Positions 1-11,849 of a DNA stretch of 64,000 nucleotides are shown here, one piece after another. The position numbers and the translations under genes were made by a program. Under the pieces are notes generated by a model, which was given only the letters and a program-made list of their open reading frames with translations, was not told where the DNA came from and did no database searches. Within the stretch, counting starts at the first letter, position 1. The number at the start of each line of letters is the position of its first letter. Origin of the DNA: Podarcis tiliguerta (lineage: Eukaryota); assembly GCA_965153285.1 (NCBI GenBank), contig OZ229112.1; one strand, written 5' to 3'.

Positions 1-2128
1 GATGTTGCTGTATCTTCCAAAGGAATGCTTTTGAGGTCCAAAGTATCTAATTTTTCTTCCAACACTATTTCCTTGTTTCCTGCCCCACTAGAAGAGGTCA
101 GTGGTTCATTTGCTAGAGTAGGCTGTTCAAGGACTGGTGAGGTAGATGGTGCGGCACGCCTTATTTTAACAATAAAGTGGTCATTTGATTTCTCCATTAT
201 TACTGCCTGCATTGGAAGGCTTGGGCAATACTGAAATCCAGGAGCAGGAGGTATACTTGCCCATGATGAAGAACAGCTTGATTTGCTGCTTGAATTATCA
301 GATTCCAAAGCCAAATGGATGTCCTGTTCAGAAGCATCCTCCTCTTCGAGATGGGCATCTTCACTGAAGTGTGCGCTCAGAACATCCTCAGGAACTGAGC
401 CATACATGTCAGGTTTCAAGAAGCTAAGATGAGCATCTGACTTCAAAGGGGAGGGAATAGTCAACGACACAGCTAGGTCTTCCAGAAGAATAGAAGAGAC
501 AAGTGATTTTGGTTTCTCTGAAATGCACTCCTCACCTTTCTTCAAAGCAGGACTAGTAGGAATTTCAAACATACAGCTTTCATCAAGAATATCTGGATCA
601 ATTGGCATCTGCAGCCTAGCTAAAAAAGCTGAATCTCTTTCAGGTGAAACTATAGGCCATTTAATTCCATCTAGTACTCTTGACTCAACTCCAGTCTCTC
701 TTGGAATCTGCTCTTCGGTCTCATATGGAGGCTCATTCACACAGTTCTGGCCATCTTGGGTGTGTTTTTCTGGTGTCCTGAACTCCCACTGATTGTCATT
801 GATAAAGTCGCCATTTTTTTCTGAAAGGTCAGAGCCTTGTAACAAACTTTTGAACATTTCACCCATTTGAGCGTCATTCACCAGGTTGAATGTCAGGCCA
901 GACATCTGCTGTTCTGTGAGAGGTCCACAGCTAATATCAGACCTGTGAGAGTCTCCAATCATATGCAATCTTTCATTTTCATTTTTTCCACCATTCAAAG
1001 AAGTGTCTGACATGGAGCTTTCCTTGAAAGGTTCAGTTTCAGTCCGAGAATGTTTTGGGTTAACAGTATGGGAACTTCTACATTTTGCAGTCACATTTTT
1101 CTGTGTACTCATTTTGTTTGTGTTATGGTGACCTCGCTTCAATAGCTGGTTACCTGCTACTGGTTTTGATGGGGCACATTCTTCAGGCCTTTGCATTCTA
1201 GCATTTAAGGCTGGTTTCTTTGATTTCTGTCTGTCAATTTTGTTTTTATGATTTATAAGGCATTTGGGGCTTTCTTTCTTTCTTTTATCAAGCTTACCTT
1301 CATCGCTTTCATTTCCAAAGCTTACCAAGGTACATAGCTTTAGAATAATTTTTTTTATTTTATCAAATAAGTAGTCAAGCTGCTCGTCCACAAGTTTCCA
1401 CAACTTTTTCTTCATATCGGATTGCTGCTGTTCAAAGAGATGCTCTATTGCACTATTCTCTTTGATCCGATTAAGTTTATATTCTATAACTTCACAGAGG
1501 TTCAGCTTTAAAGCCTCACTAGATTTAGACATTTTAGAGAAGTCAAGGTATTTTACCAGAGATGTAAAGTTCAAAATAGCTGAATCTATGATCCTATGAA
1601 AATGCTGTACTGGAAATTGTATCTTAAACTTCATGTAGCTTTTCCGTACTTGCTTTCTTATAGCTTTCAGCATCTGCATGAACTCATGCACTGTAGAAGG
1701 TACAACAATAATTTGAACTATTTTTTCAAGACTGTCAATGCTCACAGTTTTAATTTTCTTTACTTCATTGGAGCGCATTATAGTTCCATCTTTGGGATTT
1801 TCTTTATTTTTCCCCCCAGAAGACAATTTTCCTGTATCTTCTCTGGAAGATGTTGTCCTGACCTTGTGGTTGCAAGTACTCTTGGCCAAATTAGATCTAT
1901 CTGGAGATGCTTTTCTTCTTGTTTTTTTACTATTTTCAGAGCTGGCTTCTATTTTAGGCTCATCATTGTCACTTACAATTTCACCTTCTTCTAATTCATC
2001 TGAGGACATGCTTAGCTGAGACTCCTCTAAGATCTGATGATCTGAGCAAAGAGGCTTTTGGTTTTCCTTGTTCAGTTCGCTGGACTGGTTCCTTCCAGGA
2101 TAGACAACTGCATTTTCTGGAACAAAAT
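1..2128 (-). CDS. CASP8AP2: CASP8AP2 large coding exon 8 (truncated by window edge)
   Basis: Acceptor TTTCTAG|ATTTTG, phase 1. Conserved blocks [68 protein letters not shown]. Absent from the ORF track, presumably because no stop lies in the window. Confidence 0.93.
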
Positions 2129-5100
2129 CTAGAAATAATGAAACAATTTGTTAATTAAGCAGCCCAAAGTAGCAAGCCTCAAAACAAATTCCAATGACAG
2201 TATAATCTAATAGTCAATTTTAGTTTAGAACAGTGAACATAATTTTTTAGAAGTGCCAGTAGCTCTAGGTGATGCATTTTAGCAGAGGACAGGTAGCTTT
2301 TGGAAGAAGAGCTAGATTAAAAAAAAAAATTAAGCATGGAAACAGTTTTTTATATATCAAGTTCCATGGCAATTTATCTTGAAATTGCAAGATTAAGCCC
2401 AAAGGCACTTTTAATTATTACTGCCTCCAAAACTAGTGGATAAGAAACTGTGCAAAGAGTTCTGCCAGAATGTGGGTTACACTCTGTAGCTTAACGTGGC
2501 TTGCAATTCTAATTTTCAAGAGTGGGGAAACCCTTTAGATGCTGTTGGACCCCAACACCCCAGGGTTGATGGAAGCTGTAGTCCAGCAGCATCAGAGGGT
2601 CATGGGTTTGCCACTACTGCCTTAAACAGTTTCCTCCTATGTAATTAGTTTGAATAAATATCTACCTCAGAGCTAGCAGACTGAAAGCTAAGTCTTACTC
2701 CCCACCGAATTTAAACAGGACAGTCAGTAGCCCAGTGTCAGAATATTTGCTTTGAACACAGAAGGTCTGAAGTTCAATCCCTGGCATCTCTAGGTAATGC
2801 TGGGAGAGACTCTTGTCTGAAATCTTGTAAAGCCACGGCCACTCAACGTGGACAATACTGAACTAGATGGGCAAAGCCTCAATATAAGGCAGCTTCGTTA
2901 CCTAACTTGAGAAAAAATGCCTGTGAATTGCAGCTGTGCAGTATGATCTTGTGTGATGCTCAGAAGTTGCATTTAGTACTCCCATTCAAGTGTGTATGGG
3001 ATCACAGTCGTAAATTCCTACACGCTAAGAACACTTACTAAAGAGAAAGCTCCACTGAACTCAATGGGGAAGATATGTACAGGATTGCACTGCACAGATG
3101 AAGCACGCTTGCCTACAAGTTGTGCAGTAAGTTCTACTGAAAACAAACAGAACTTAATTGCAACTCACTTATGTTTAGCATCGGTATACGTGTGAATGCT
3201 TAATGTGTTCCTCATTCAAATAAAAATCATGTAACAGGCAGAGCATATTAAACATATACCTGTATTATAGCTTTTCACAGGTCCTTTGTAAGGGCTTTCC
3301 ATTCGGGGTACTTTAGCCAAAGGTCGCATTGGACTATTAAGTGGGCTGATTACTTTTGGAATATTCCTCATATGATTGAGATCAATGCTCAGAATAGAGT
3401 TATCATCATCAACAGAAACTGTGCTTATTTCTCTTGCTGGAGATGTAGGTTTCAACCCTTCATTGTATAATGTTTCCAAGTGGTTTTCATGGTTACAGTC
3501 AGGAAAGCTTGGCTCCAAGTGACCATCACTCAGTATTTTGCCTTCTTCCACAGTAGCTTTATGAGGCATAGGCTTGTTCTCTTTTTCAGGACCCTCCAAG
3601 ACATTTTCACCTGTCCAATTACTGGACTCCTTCTCGTCCATCAGTGAGTCTGAATCTGTCCCACTGATCTCATCTATTACACTAAAAGAATCAAAATCCA
3701 CAGAACTTATAGTCTCCACATCATTGAAAGAGTTATCGGGAAGTGTGTCTTGATCCAAGGGGCTTTCTAAACCAGAAGCCACATGCATCTTATCAACTCC
3801 ATCAGCTTCTCCCATCCCAGTTTTTGCCTCAGGCAGGAGCTTCACATCCTCCGGCGCCCACTGCGCTGCAATATCTTGTGGGTCTGAGGTTGTCTTCAAA
3901 GGCTTTGTGTTTAGAGTTTTCGGCAGCCCCTCATTTCCCACCTTCGTTTTGACCTTGGAAAGAGGCATTACTTGTTCTGATTTGGTCTGAACAGGATTGT
4001 CACAGATTGGTGATAGTGGTGTTTGTGTTTGCTTAATGGCATTAGCACCAATAGCCTCAGCTGGTACCAACATGACTTCCTGACCTGGAATTTCTGTACC
4101 ACATTTATTGGTAGACTTTGCCACTGCTTTGCATTTGTCTGTTTGCTTCTTAGCAGGAGAAAGGGTTAAATTTAGTGTCTGCATAAAGCTCAGTTTTAAG
4201 TCTTTGCTTTTCGACTGCTCCTCCTCCCTTCTAACTTTTATAGGCACCTGCTCCTCCAAGCCTTCGACTACCTTGGCAGTCTCTACTGATTGAAAGGACT
4301 TCTTTTTCTCCCTTTTTGCACTATCTTTAATTTTCATGGCTCCTTTTCCTGTTTGGAGGGATGGTTCCTTTGATTCTCTTTTTTCATTTTGAGAAGTCCT
4401 GGCCTCATTAGAATCATCTCTCTCATTTTTCCTTTTCTCTTCAGTTCTATGTCTGCCCGATTTTGAACGTGTGTGTTCAGATTCACTTTTACTGCTATCC
4501 TCTTTAGGGTGGCCATGTTTCGGCTCTTTGTTTAAAACAGGAGGAGGAGGTGGTGGTGGTGGTGGTGAAGGTTTCCCTCCACAGGGCACAGGACCGCTTG
4601 CTTCTTTGTCCCTCCTGCAATCACTATGTTTTCTCTTTGTGTCTTTCACATAGCTTTTGCTTAATTTTTTAGGGCTTCTGGCAATTTTATTCCATTCAGG
4701 GGGACTACTAACCTTGCCAGTTCTTTGTTGTTCTAGATAGCTGTCAGATTGCCTGTTTTTTTGCCCGTTGTTGCTTTCCTCTTTGTTTCTCAGTTTCAGG
4801 TCCTTCTGATTTTTGTTTTGTGACTTTTCACTCCTGTCACTGCTGGAGTGTTCTGGTTTTGACAGTGATGTGTCTTTAGGAGTTGGTTGTTTCTCCCTAG
4901 CAGAAGGGACCTTACCAGTTCTTTTTTCTGTATGTGGGCTGCTTTTGAGCTTCAAGTCCTTTTTGTCTTTCCATAGTCCATTTTTTTCTGTTTTGTCTGG
5001 ATTAACTTCCAACCTTCCATGAGGATCCAACTTTCCCTCTAGTGTGCTGCCCAGATTTTGGTGTGCTTTTGTTTTGTATCTGTTGTTTTTCTCACTGCTA

Positions 5101-8100
5101 TGATGCTCATTATGTTTCGTTTCTTTTTTTCCCTTTTCTTTGTCATAAGAGCTGTCAACACTTGCAAGCCTTACATGAGTACCATCTCTGCAAAGCTGTT
5201 CAGGATGAGATTGAGATACATACAGAGTGTCTCCTTTTTCTGGAGGCAATTTCTTATTTTCTGTACCCCAAGGTGGATAACCGTAAGGTTTGTCCTTAGG
5301 CAGGGTTTGGGTAGTTCTAGAATCGGTTCTTGAATTGTTCTCTGGAACTAAATCTCTGAATTTATTTTTCAGTTTTGATCCCTCAAAGTTTCTTGCATTA
5401 TTAGTTGATGCTGGGAAGTATGTTCTATTCGGATGAACTTGAAATTCTGTTAACCTGTTTAGAAAGAGATTGTATTACTATACTACATTTCAAAAGATAT
5501 TTCAGATTTAAGCAAACTCCAAATTCTACTAAAATCTAAATGCCGTGGTGAGACAAGCCAGAATAAGCCTTTAAAAGTGTTAAATAAATATTTAATCTTC
5601 CTTTTACTTTTAAAGGAAGAAAAGGCCCACACAATGGCATTCTTTATGAAGTTGGCTTGTATCAACAAAGCATAGTTAAGATTAACCAGTTTGGATGGGG
5701 ACCTTCTATTTAGGATTTATACAAACAAACAGAAAGGATATCACTGTAGGAATTACCATTGGTGCTATAAAGCCTGTTCAAAGCATGTCCTCAACCACAC
5801 GCTTCAGGAATATTCTCACCCCACACATTTCACTCTGCTGCTCTCAGCAGGCTAGAATCAAGAAAGGTAGGGGGCAACTTTGCATCGCTGCTTACACTGA
5901 CAGCAGACAGCTAACTCTTTGGGAGAGCAACACACATTTCTTACTGTTACAATACTCTTGCTTAAAAGTTCACTCATTAATTGAAGAATCGTGCCCAAAG
6001 CAATAATTTAGCAGTCCATGTCTGACAAATATATAATCAGGCTTAAGCACCCTTCCCTCAGCAGGCATGGCAACAGAACCTGCACAAACCCTGCTGAAGC
6101 AACTACTGCTTGCATTGTTGCTTTTCTCCCAGTAATTTTGAGAGTCAGGGATTTGTCCAAATCAGTTTAGAGCTCTTCTAATGAGCTGTCGTTCCCTTTT
6201 GAAATGACAGTCCCCATTTAATGTTTTCTCCCCCCCCCCACTTCCTAATATAGTAACATACCAGAACCAAAATAGGCAGAAAAAGAGAGCCTTAACTCAT
6301 AGCCTCTTTGGTTAAACTGGTCCCAATCACCCAACACATGCTTTACTCAGGGCGGACCAGTTTCAGGAGTGCTGTTCCCAGGGATCCTTGCCTGGTGCCA
6401 ATGTTGTTGGCATGAGATGAAAATGATAGCTTCAGTTGCAATGATTTGTTTACAAATGTTGATGGCTTGGGGCTTTGTTGAAGCCAGTCTGGTCCTTTCA
6501 GCTTTTAAAATTAAGATAGAATGAGAACTGAACATCATTTAATTTGCTTGCATCTTCCTTAAAAAAGAAACAAGTCTCAAAGCAACTTCCTATACCGATA
6601 AGTACATGCTAATGCAGATACCTCAAAACACACTTCAAAACAGTACAACACATTAAAAGTGTCCATCCACAGTAAAATGGTAAAGGCAAAGGACTCCTGA
6701 CAGTTAAGTCCAGTCACAAACAACTCTGGGGTTGCGGCGCTCATATCGCTTTACTGGCTGAGGGAGCCGGTGTTTGTCCGCAGACAGTTTTTCCGGGTCA
6801 TGTGGCCAGCATGACTAAGCCACTTCTGGCGAAACCAGAGCAGCACACGGAAATGCTGTTTACCTTCCCGTCGGAGCAGTACCTATTTAACTATTTGCAC
6901 TTTGATGTGCTTCCAAACTGCTAAGTTGGCAGGAGATGGGACTGAGCAATGGGAGCTCACCCCGTCGCAGGGAGTTGAACCGCTGACCTTCTGATTGGCA
7001 AGCCCTAGGCTTAGTGGTTTAGACCACAGTGCCACCCACGTCCCTCATCCACAGTAGTCAGCATAAAAACAAAATACACTTTCCCTGATCACCACTGAAA
7101 TGAACACCCAATTGAACCACAAGACCTTAGCACCATCACCGGCCAAATACCGGACAGAATGAAAACATTCCACATCTTTGTGCACTAGTTATGCTAGCAA
7201 GCATGAAGCTATGAACATAATGTGTGGGTAACCTTTTTCAAGAAACACTTCAAATTTTAGCAGATTTTTTTTTCAGAAGATGAGTATCTGATATCTAGCA
7301 AGTTAACGTTTATGTGTCTGTTAAATTTAACTACAAAAAAGATAGGCTTAGAAAACATCTTCTACTTTTTAGTTTCAAATGTGTCTTGTTTCTTTTTCTT
7401 CTAAATATTTGGACAATAGAGGACATTCCTGAAAAAAGCATACCTTCGCTGGAGACTATTAATTTCTTCATCCTTGCGATTAATTTCCACTCTAGCTGTT
7501 TTTAGAAGAGCTGAAATATTCTTTTTAAGAGACTGGTTTTCATTTTGCAGAGCAGAGTTCTATTTTTAAAAGAACACAGAGACATATACATGTTATGAAC
7601 TTGTATCTGCATATATTGGGGGAGAGAAGGAAAACACCAATAACGGTTTAGGAAAAAATCTCATTTAAATGAATCACAGTTAACTTTCACAAAGAACTTT
7701 CAAAATGCCCTACCGACTTTGTGCTGCAACCTCATACAAAAAGCACTATTTTCAATAAGCATCGAAGCAAAATACATTTACGATACTAATAGTCCTTACA
7801 GAGACAGAGCTGCCCTGCACAGCCTCACTAATTCAAAATATTACTATTGTGGTTGCTGTTTCTTATTTTATTATTTTGTTTTATTTAAAAAACAAGATAC
7901 ACTCGCAACTAATACTTCAAAACAGCAAACCAATACAAATTGGAAGATGTATATGAAGTTTCTAGAACGCTTTCAGTTACAGGATACAAAATGGATAAAT
8001 TACCACTTAATGCTGCTTTACCTGTTCTTGCATTTGCTGAAACCTCCTTGTCAACTCTTGAAGTTGTTGCTGACATTTCTCATGTTCAGCCTGCAACTGT

Positions 8101-8602
8101 TGAAACAGGATTATTCACATTTGTATTAAAGACAGTATTAAGTGAGCCTAATTTTCTTTGGGTAATAATAATAATCCAGCTTTGTTAAAATATGCAAGAA
8201 AAGTCATTACATTAAAATAATAGTAAATAAAATTTCCCTCACAAACAGGAAAACCTTCCAAACATGCATTTACAAAATGTCTGTGTCATGACTGATCACA
8301 GATTTCCTGATGCATATGTCAAATTTTTCAATAAATTGAGACTGCTCAGTAAAGTGGGTGTTTGGGGATTTTAAAATGTTTTGATAGTACATAGTGTACT
8401 AAAATGTGCTGAACTGATGAATTTAAAACACACACCTTGCTAACTAACTACATCACATTTCACCAACATATCATTGATTCAAAATACATACATCATTGTA
8501 AGTAGCTTCCTTTGCTGTTCCTTCTTCAATCAGGATCTCATCGAATAGGTTTAAACTACTTATTGATGAGGTCAGTTTTGTAGCAGGTTTGACTGAGAGA
8601 GC

Positions 8603-8633
<31 letters not shown>

Positions 8634-10346
8634 CTTGGAATATTTTCCTTTTTCATTGTACCCATTCTTCCATTAGATAAGATCGAAAGAGCTACTTTAC
8701 AATATTAATAATAATAATAATAATAATAATAATTATACCCCGCCCATTTGGCTGTGTTTCCCCAGCCAATCTGGGCGGCTTCCATCAAAAGATTAAAAGT
8801 ACATTAAAACATCCGTCATTAAAAACTTCCCTAAACAGGGATTTTTTCTTTCGAACAGCAGGTCCCTATGCCACATCAAACTGCTTTTGAATATTTTTCT
8901 CAGTTTCAAAAGTGTTTCCTATGTGGGACGGGGGGCGGGGCGGGGGGCAGGACACACTAGGTATCTAGTGGGGGCTTACTCCCATGTAAAGTTGTGAAAG
9001 TTAGTTTCAGTTTCACAACTTCCATCAGGTTTTTAAATTATGTATAGTATTATGATGTTCCAGGATACAGCAACGGCTTCTGCACATTTTATCTCTCCCC
9101 TGAAGTCCCTCCAAATAAGCCATGGTTGCAACTTGTCACCTAAGAAATTTTACTTAGATCAAAATGCTATTTGTGGCAGCTGCTAACACAAATTACATAT
9201 CAAAGCCATCTCTTAAGAGTCAATACAAACTACTCCTATTCTAAAGTGCAAAAGATACTTATTGTTTCTGCAACAAACCCAAAACAAAAATGCTCTATCC
9301 TAACAGCAGGATGAATATATAAAGGACATTTTATGACAAAATTCTCCAATGTATAATTAAATAACCAAATAACTATGGATTGTATCCAACTCAGCTGAAA
9401 GCTTCTGTCAGTGGAACAGGAAGGGAAGCAGTGAATTCTCAGTGGTTCCTCCTTCCTGCTGAAGCCCTACCCCCATGTCTACCATAAATCTGCTTCAGAG
9501 AGCTTTACTCTCAGCTGAGCAATGCCATTGGTTACAAAGCTATGAACATACCAGAAATAACTGGAGAGCTGTCTAATCCATCATAAATATCCACTGAACT
9601 CTCATCATCTTCTACTCCTTGAGAAGAAACTGCAAATAAAGAGAATAAAGTAATAATATGTAAGTTCACCCAGTCTACGTACGCAGTAATAGTGAAATAC
9701 AAGAGAAATACACTAGAAAGGATCTCTAGTAGAAAATCACTATGAGATGAAAGAAATAAGAAGCTCTTCTCCCCTTGCACTATCGCCCCCTTCAAATTGT
9801 AGCCTCAGCGGTGGGTTTTATAGAATTAAAAGGGACAAAAATAGGTCATTTTTGTGTCAGAAATAACTTCTTGCATTAAAAACATAATACAGCATCAAAC
9901 GTAGCCATAACAGTAATATCTAGGTCATTATTATTTGTTCGATAATGGTATCCATCTTATTCTATGAAGCCAGAAGAAATGGGGCAGAGCCTAAAATTGT
10001 AGTTAAGAGGGCATCCAATGTTTGTCTGTACAACTCTGCTCCCAAAGATCAGATTCTTAGAAAACCATATGATGGGTCTCTCAGCAATGCAGGAAGGAAA
10101 CTCTCTTCCGATGACCAGCAACAGCTCTTGCCACAACATATGACAGTTAACTGTGCTGTACAAGGAGCTACATATACTAGTCCATATATAACTTTTCTCA
10201 AGGGTTTCTTCCTTGGTATGGAGTTTCCCTACATTTATTTATTTTTTAAGTAAAAATAATCTGATTAAAACCAACAAACAAAAAAACTTACCACCATGCA
10301 ATAAATTAGAAAACGTCATCCCATCGTCATCATCATCTGTTGCCAT
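1..10346 (-). CDS. CASP8AP2: CASP8-associated protein 2 (FLASH), spliced CDS, 3'-partial (continues beyond position 1)
   Basis: Coding exons 10346-10292, 9629-9552, 8592-8492, 8096-8022, 7559-7444, 5454-3260, 2128-<1; all GT-AG with matching phases. Peptide MATDDDD...VDIYDGLD...[14 protein letters not shown]...[27 protein letters not shown] matches the FLASH N-terminal coiled coil; head-to-head synteny with MDN1. Confidence 0.96.
2725..2897 (+). mobile_element. Degraded tRNA-derived SINE (Squam3-like)
   Basis: tRNA-like head GTAGCCCAGTG...AGTTCAATCCCTGGCATCTC, body GACAATACTGAACTAGATGG, tail TATAAGGCAGCTT. Confidence 0.7.
3260..5454 (-). CDS. CASP8AP2: CASP8AP2 large coding exon 7
   Basis: Acceptor AAACAG|G, donor G|GTATAT; contains most of the 677-aa ORF; ends with [30 protein letters not shown]. 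Confidence 0.94.
6675..7045 (-). mobile_element. Sauria SINE, full length
   Basis: Reverse-complement homologue of 61928-62276; 11-bp TSD CATCCACAGTA (6664-6674, 7046-7056). Confidence 0.9.
7444..7559 (-). CDS. CASP8AP2: CASP8AP2 exon 6 (coiled coil, Lsm11-binding region)
   Basis: [38 protein letters not shown]; AG/GT boundaries. Confidence 0.95.
8022..8096 (-). CDS. CASP8AP2: CASP8AP2 exon 5
   Basis: [25 protein letters not shown]; 75 nt, phase 0-0. Confidence 0.93.
8492..8592 (-). CDS. CASP8AP2: CASP8AP2 exon 4
   Basis: [33 protein letters not shown]; (CT)n acceptor tract, donor GTATGT. Confidence 0.94.
8595..8629. repeat. (GA)n/(CT)n microsatellite forming the acceptor tract of CASP8AP2 exon 4
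   Basis: Direct reading. Confidence 0.9.
8707..8840 (-). mobile_element. L2-type LINE 3' end with (AAT)n tail
   Basis: Closely similar to 48250-48370 (ATACCCCGCCCAT...CTGGGCGGCTTCC...CTTCCCTAAACAGGG). Confidence 0.75.
9552..9629 (-). CDS. CASP8AP2: CASP8AP2 exon 3
   Basis: [25 protein letters not shown]; 78 nt, phase 1-1. Confidence 0.92.
10292..10346 (-). CDS. CASP8AP2: CASP8AP2 first coding exon (exon 2 spans 10372-10292)
   Basis: ATG in ATAATGG context; [18 protein letters not shown]; donor G|GTAAGT. Confidence 0.9.
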
Positions 10347-10859
10347 TATACTCTCTTCCTAGTATTCTCCATCTGCATTTGACAACAAAAAAAGATTTTG
10401 ATTAGCCTAAGTAAAAACATGCAGGTTATTAATATAGAAGGCAATCCATCATAGAAAGAGGGATCTCTTTATTCTGTTTTCACAATGGGACACAAGTCTT
10501 CCTGCATTCACAGATGGTGGTCAGCATGGGAGGAATATATTCACAGCTGAATGAGATTGCCAGCATTTATTTTTGCAACAAACAGTTCCATAGCACTAAG
10601 CAGTGTTGTAGCTATACGGGGGGGCTAGTCAGATCTTTTTGCCCCTGGTGAAGCCACCAGAGGGGCGCAATTGAGGCTCCCAGCTTGTGTGTGTGTGTAT
10701 CCACAAATGTGTATGGGGTGTGTGCCAAACTGGGTCTTTGACCTAGGTGAAGTAAAACCTAGTTCCGCCCCTGGTGCTAAAGCAAACCATAACTTGGAAT
10801 GAGAACCAAGATGGTAGACAAAGCACTCCTTCCCCTGATCACACTACCTAGGCCTAAGC

Positions 10860-11048
10860 CAGAGCTTTCCAAACTGTGTGTCAGGACAAATTAGTGTGTC
10901 GGCTGCACTGTGTTGAGTGTGTCTTGCTCCCAGGGCTGGAAATGGGTTAATTTAACCTCTAATCTGCTAGTAAAACTGAATTACTGTGTCACGAAATGAC
11001 ACACGTCTAAAAAGTGTGTCACCAACACGAAAAGTTTGGAAAGCTCTG
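10860..11048. mobile_element. hAT-type MITE
   Basis: 16-bp TIR CAGAGCTTTCCAAACT; perfect 8-bp TSD GCCTAAGC (10852-10859, 11049-11056). Confidence 0.9.
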
Positions 11049-11849
11049 GCCTAAGCCATGGTTTGGCTTAGGGTTATGTTTGAACCTGGGCTTGTGGTTT
11101 GTCCACCAAGTCAGAGGGGAGGGGGGGAGCAAGTGAAGAGCAGTTCTCCAAAGAGGACAGAGTGGAGCGACCACTGTGTACAATTCTTCCTATGAAAAAG
11201 TACAGGGCCTACTGCTCAAACAAGTCTTCTCCAATGAAAAGCAGTCTTCACTCTTAACCACGATAGGTAAAAGTGCTTTCTCATTACTAAACAGCAAGGC
11301 ACTCTGCACATGTTTTTTGTGCACTTATGCACAACCCTAGTCTACTTAACTGGGAGCAAGCCTCACTGAATTCAACATTGAATTATTCCTCAGCAGACAA
11401 GTTTAGCATTACAAGGTTAGTCCTGGACTCAGGTGGGGCGTGGGAAGGCAAATTGAACCCAAAGCAGAACTAAGTGGCGATATAAAACATGACCCACCAC
11501 CACTCTCCGGTTAAACTGGTGCGGTCCAAGTCCACCACTTCGGAACTTCGACCCCCTCGTTCCCTCTTCGGGTGTTGACCAGGCCTTAAGGCAGCCCCAG
11601 CCCCCACTTTCACCCCAGTGACCTCCAGCTGCTGTTGGACTACATGCCCAGTCACCACAAACCAGGATGGCTTGAGTTGTAGTCCAGCAACGTCTGGAGG
11701 GCCGTAAAGGCGCCCCCACTCTCCAAACCCCCACCCTTGCAGAAAGCAGGGGCGAAAAAGTGGGAGACGTGGGAACTGGGAGCGGGAAGAGTTGCATGCT
11801 GGTGGGGGTGGGGTATGATGCCATTCGGGGGAAAGACAATATATAGATA

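Noticed and set aside
3216-5249. 677-aa ORF as a standalone gene
   Set aside because: It starts at TTG inside a longer open exon (5454-3260) with proper splice sites; it is a CASP8AP2 internal exon.
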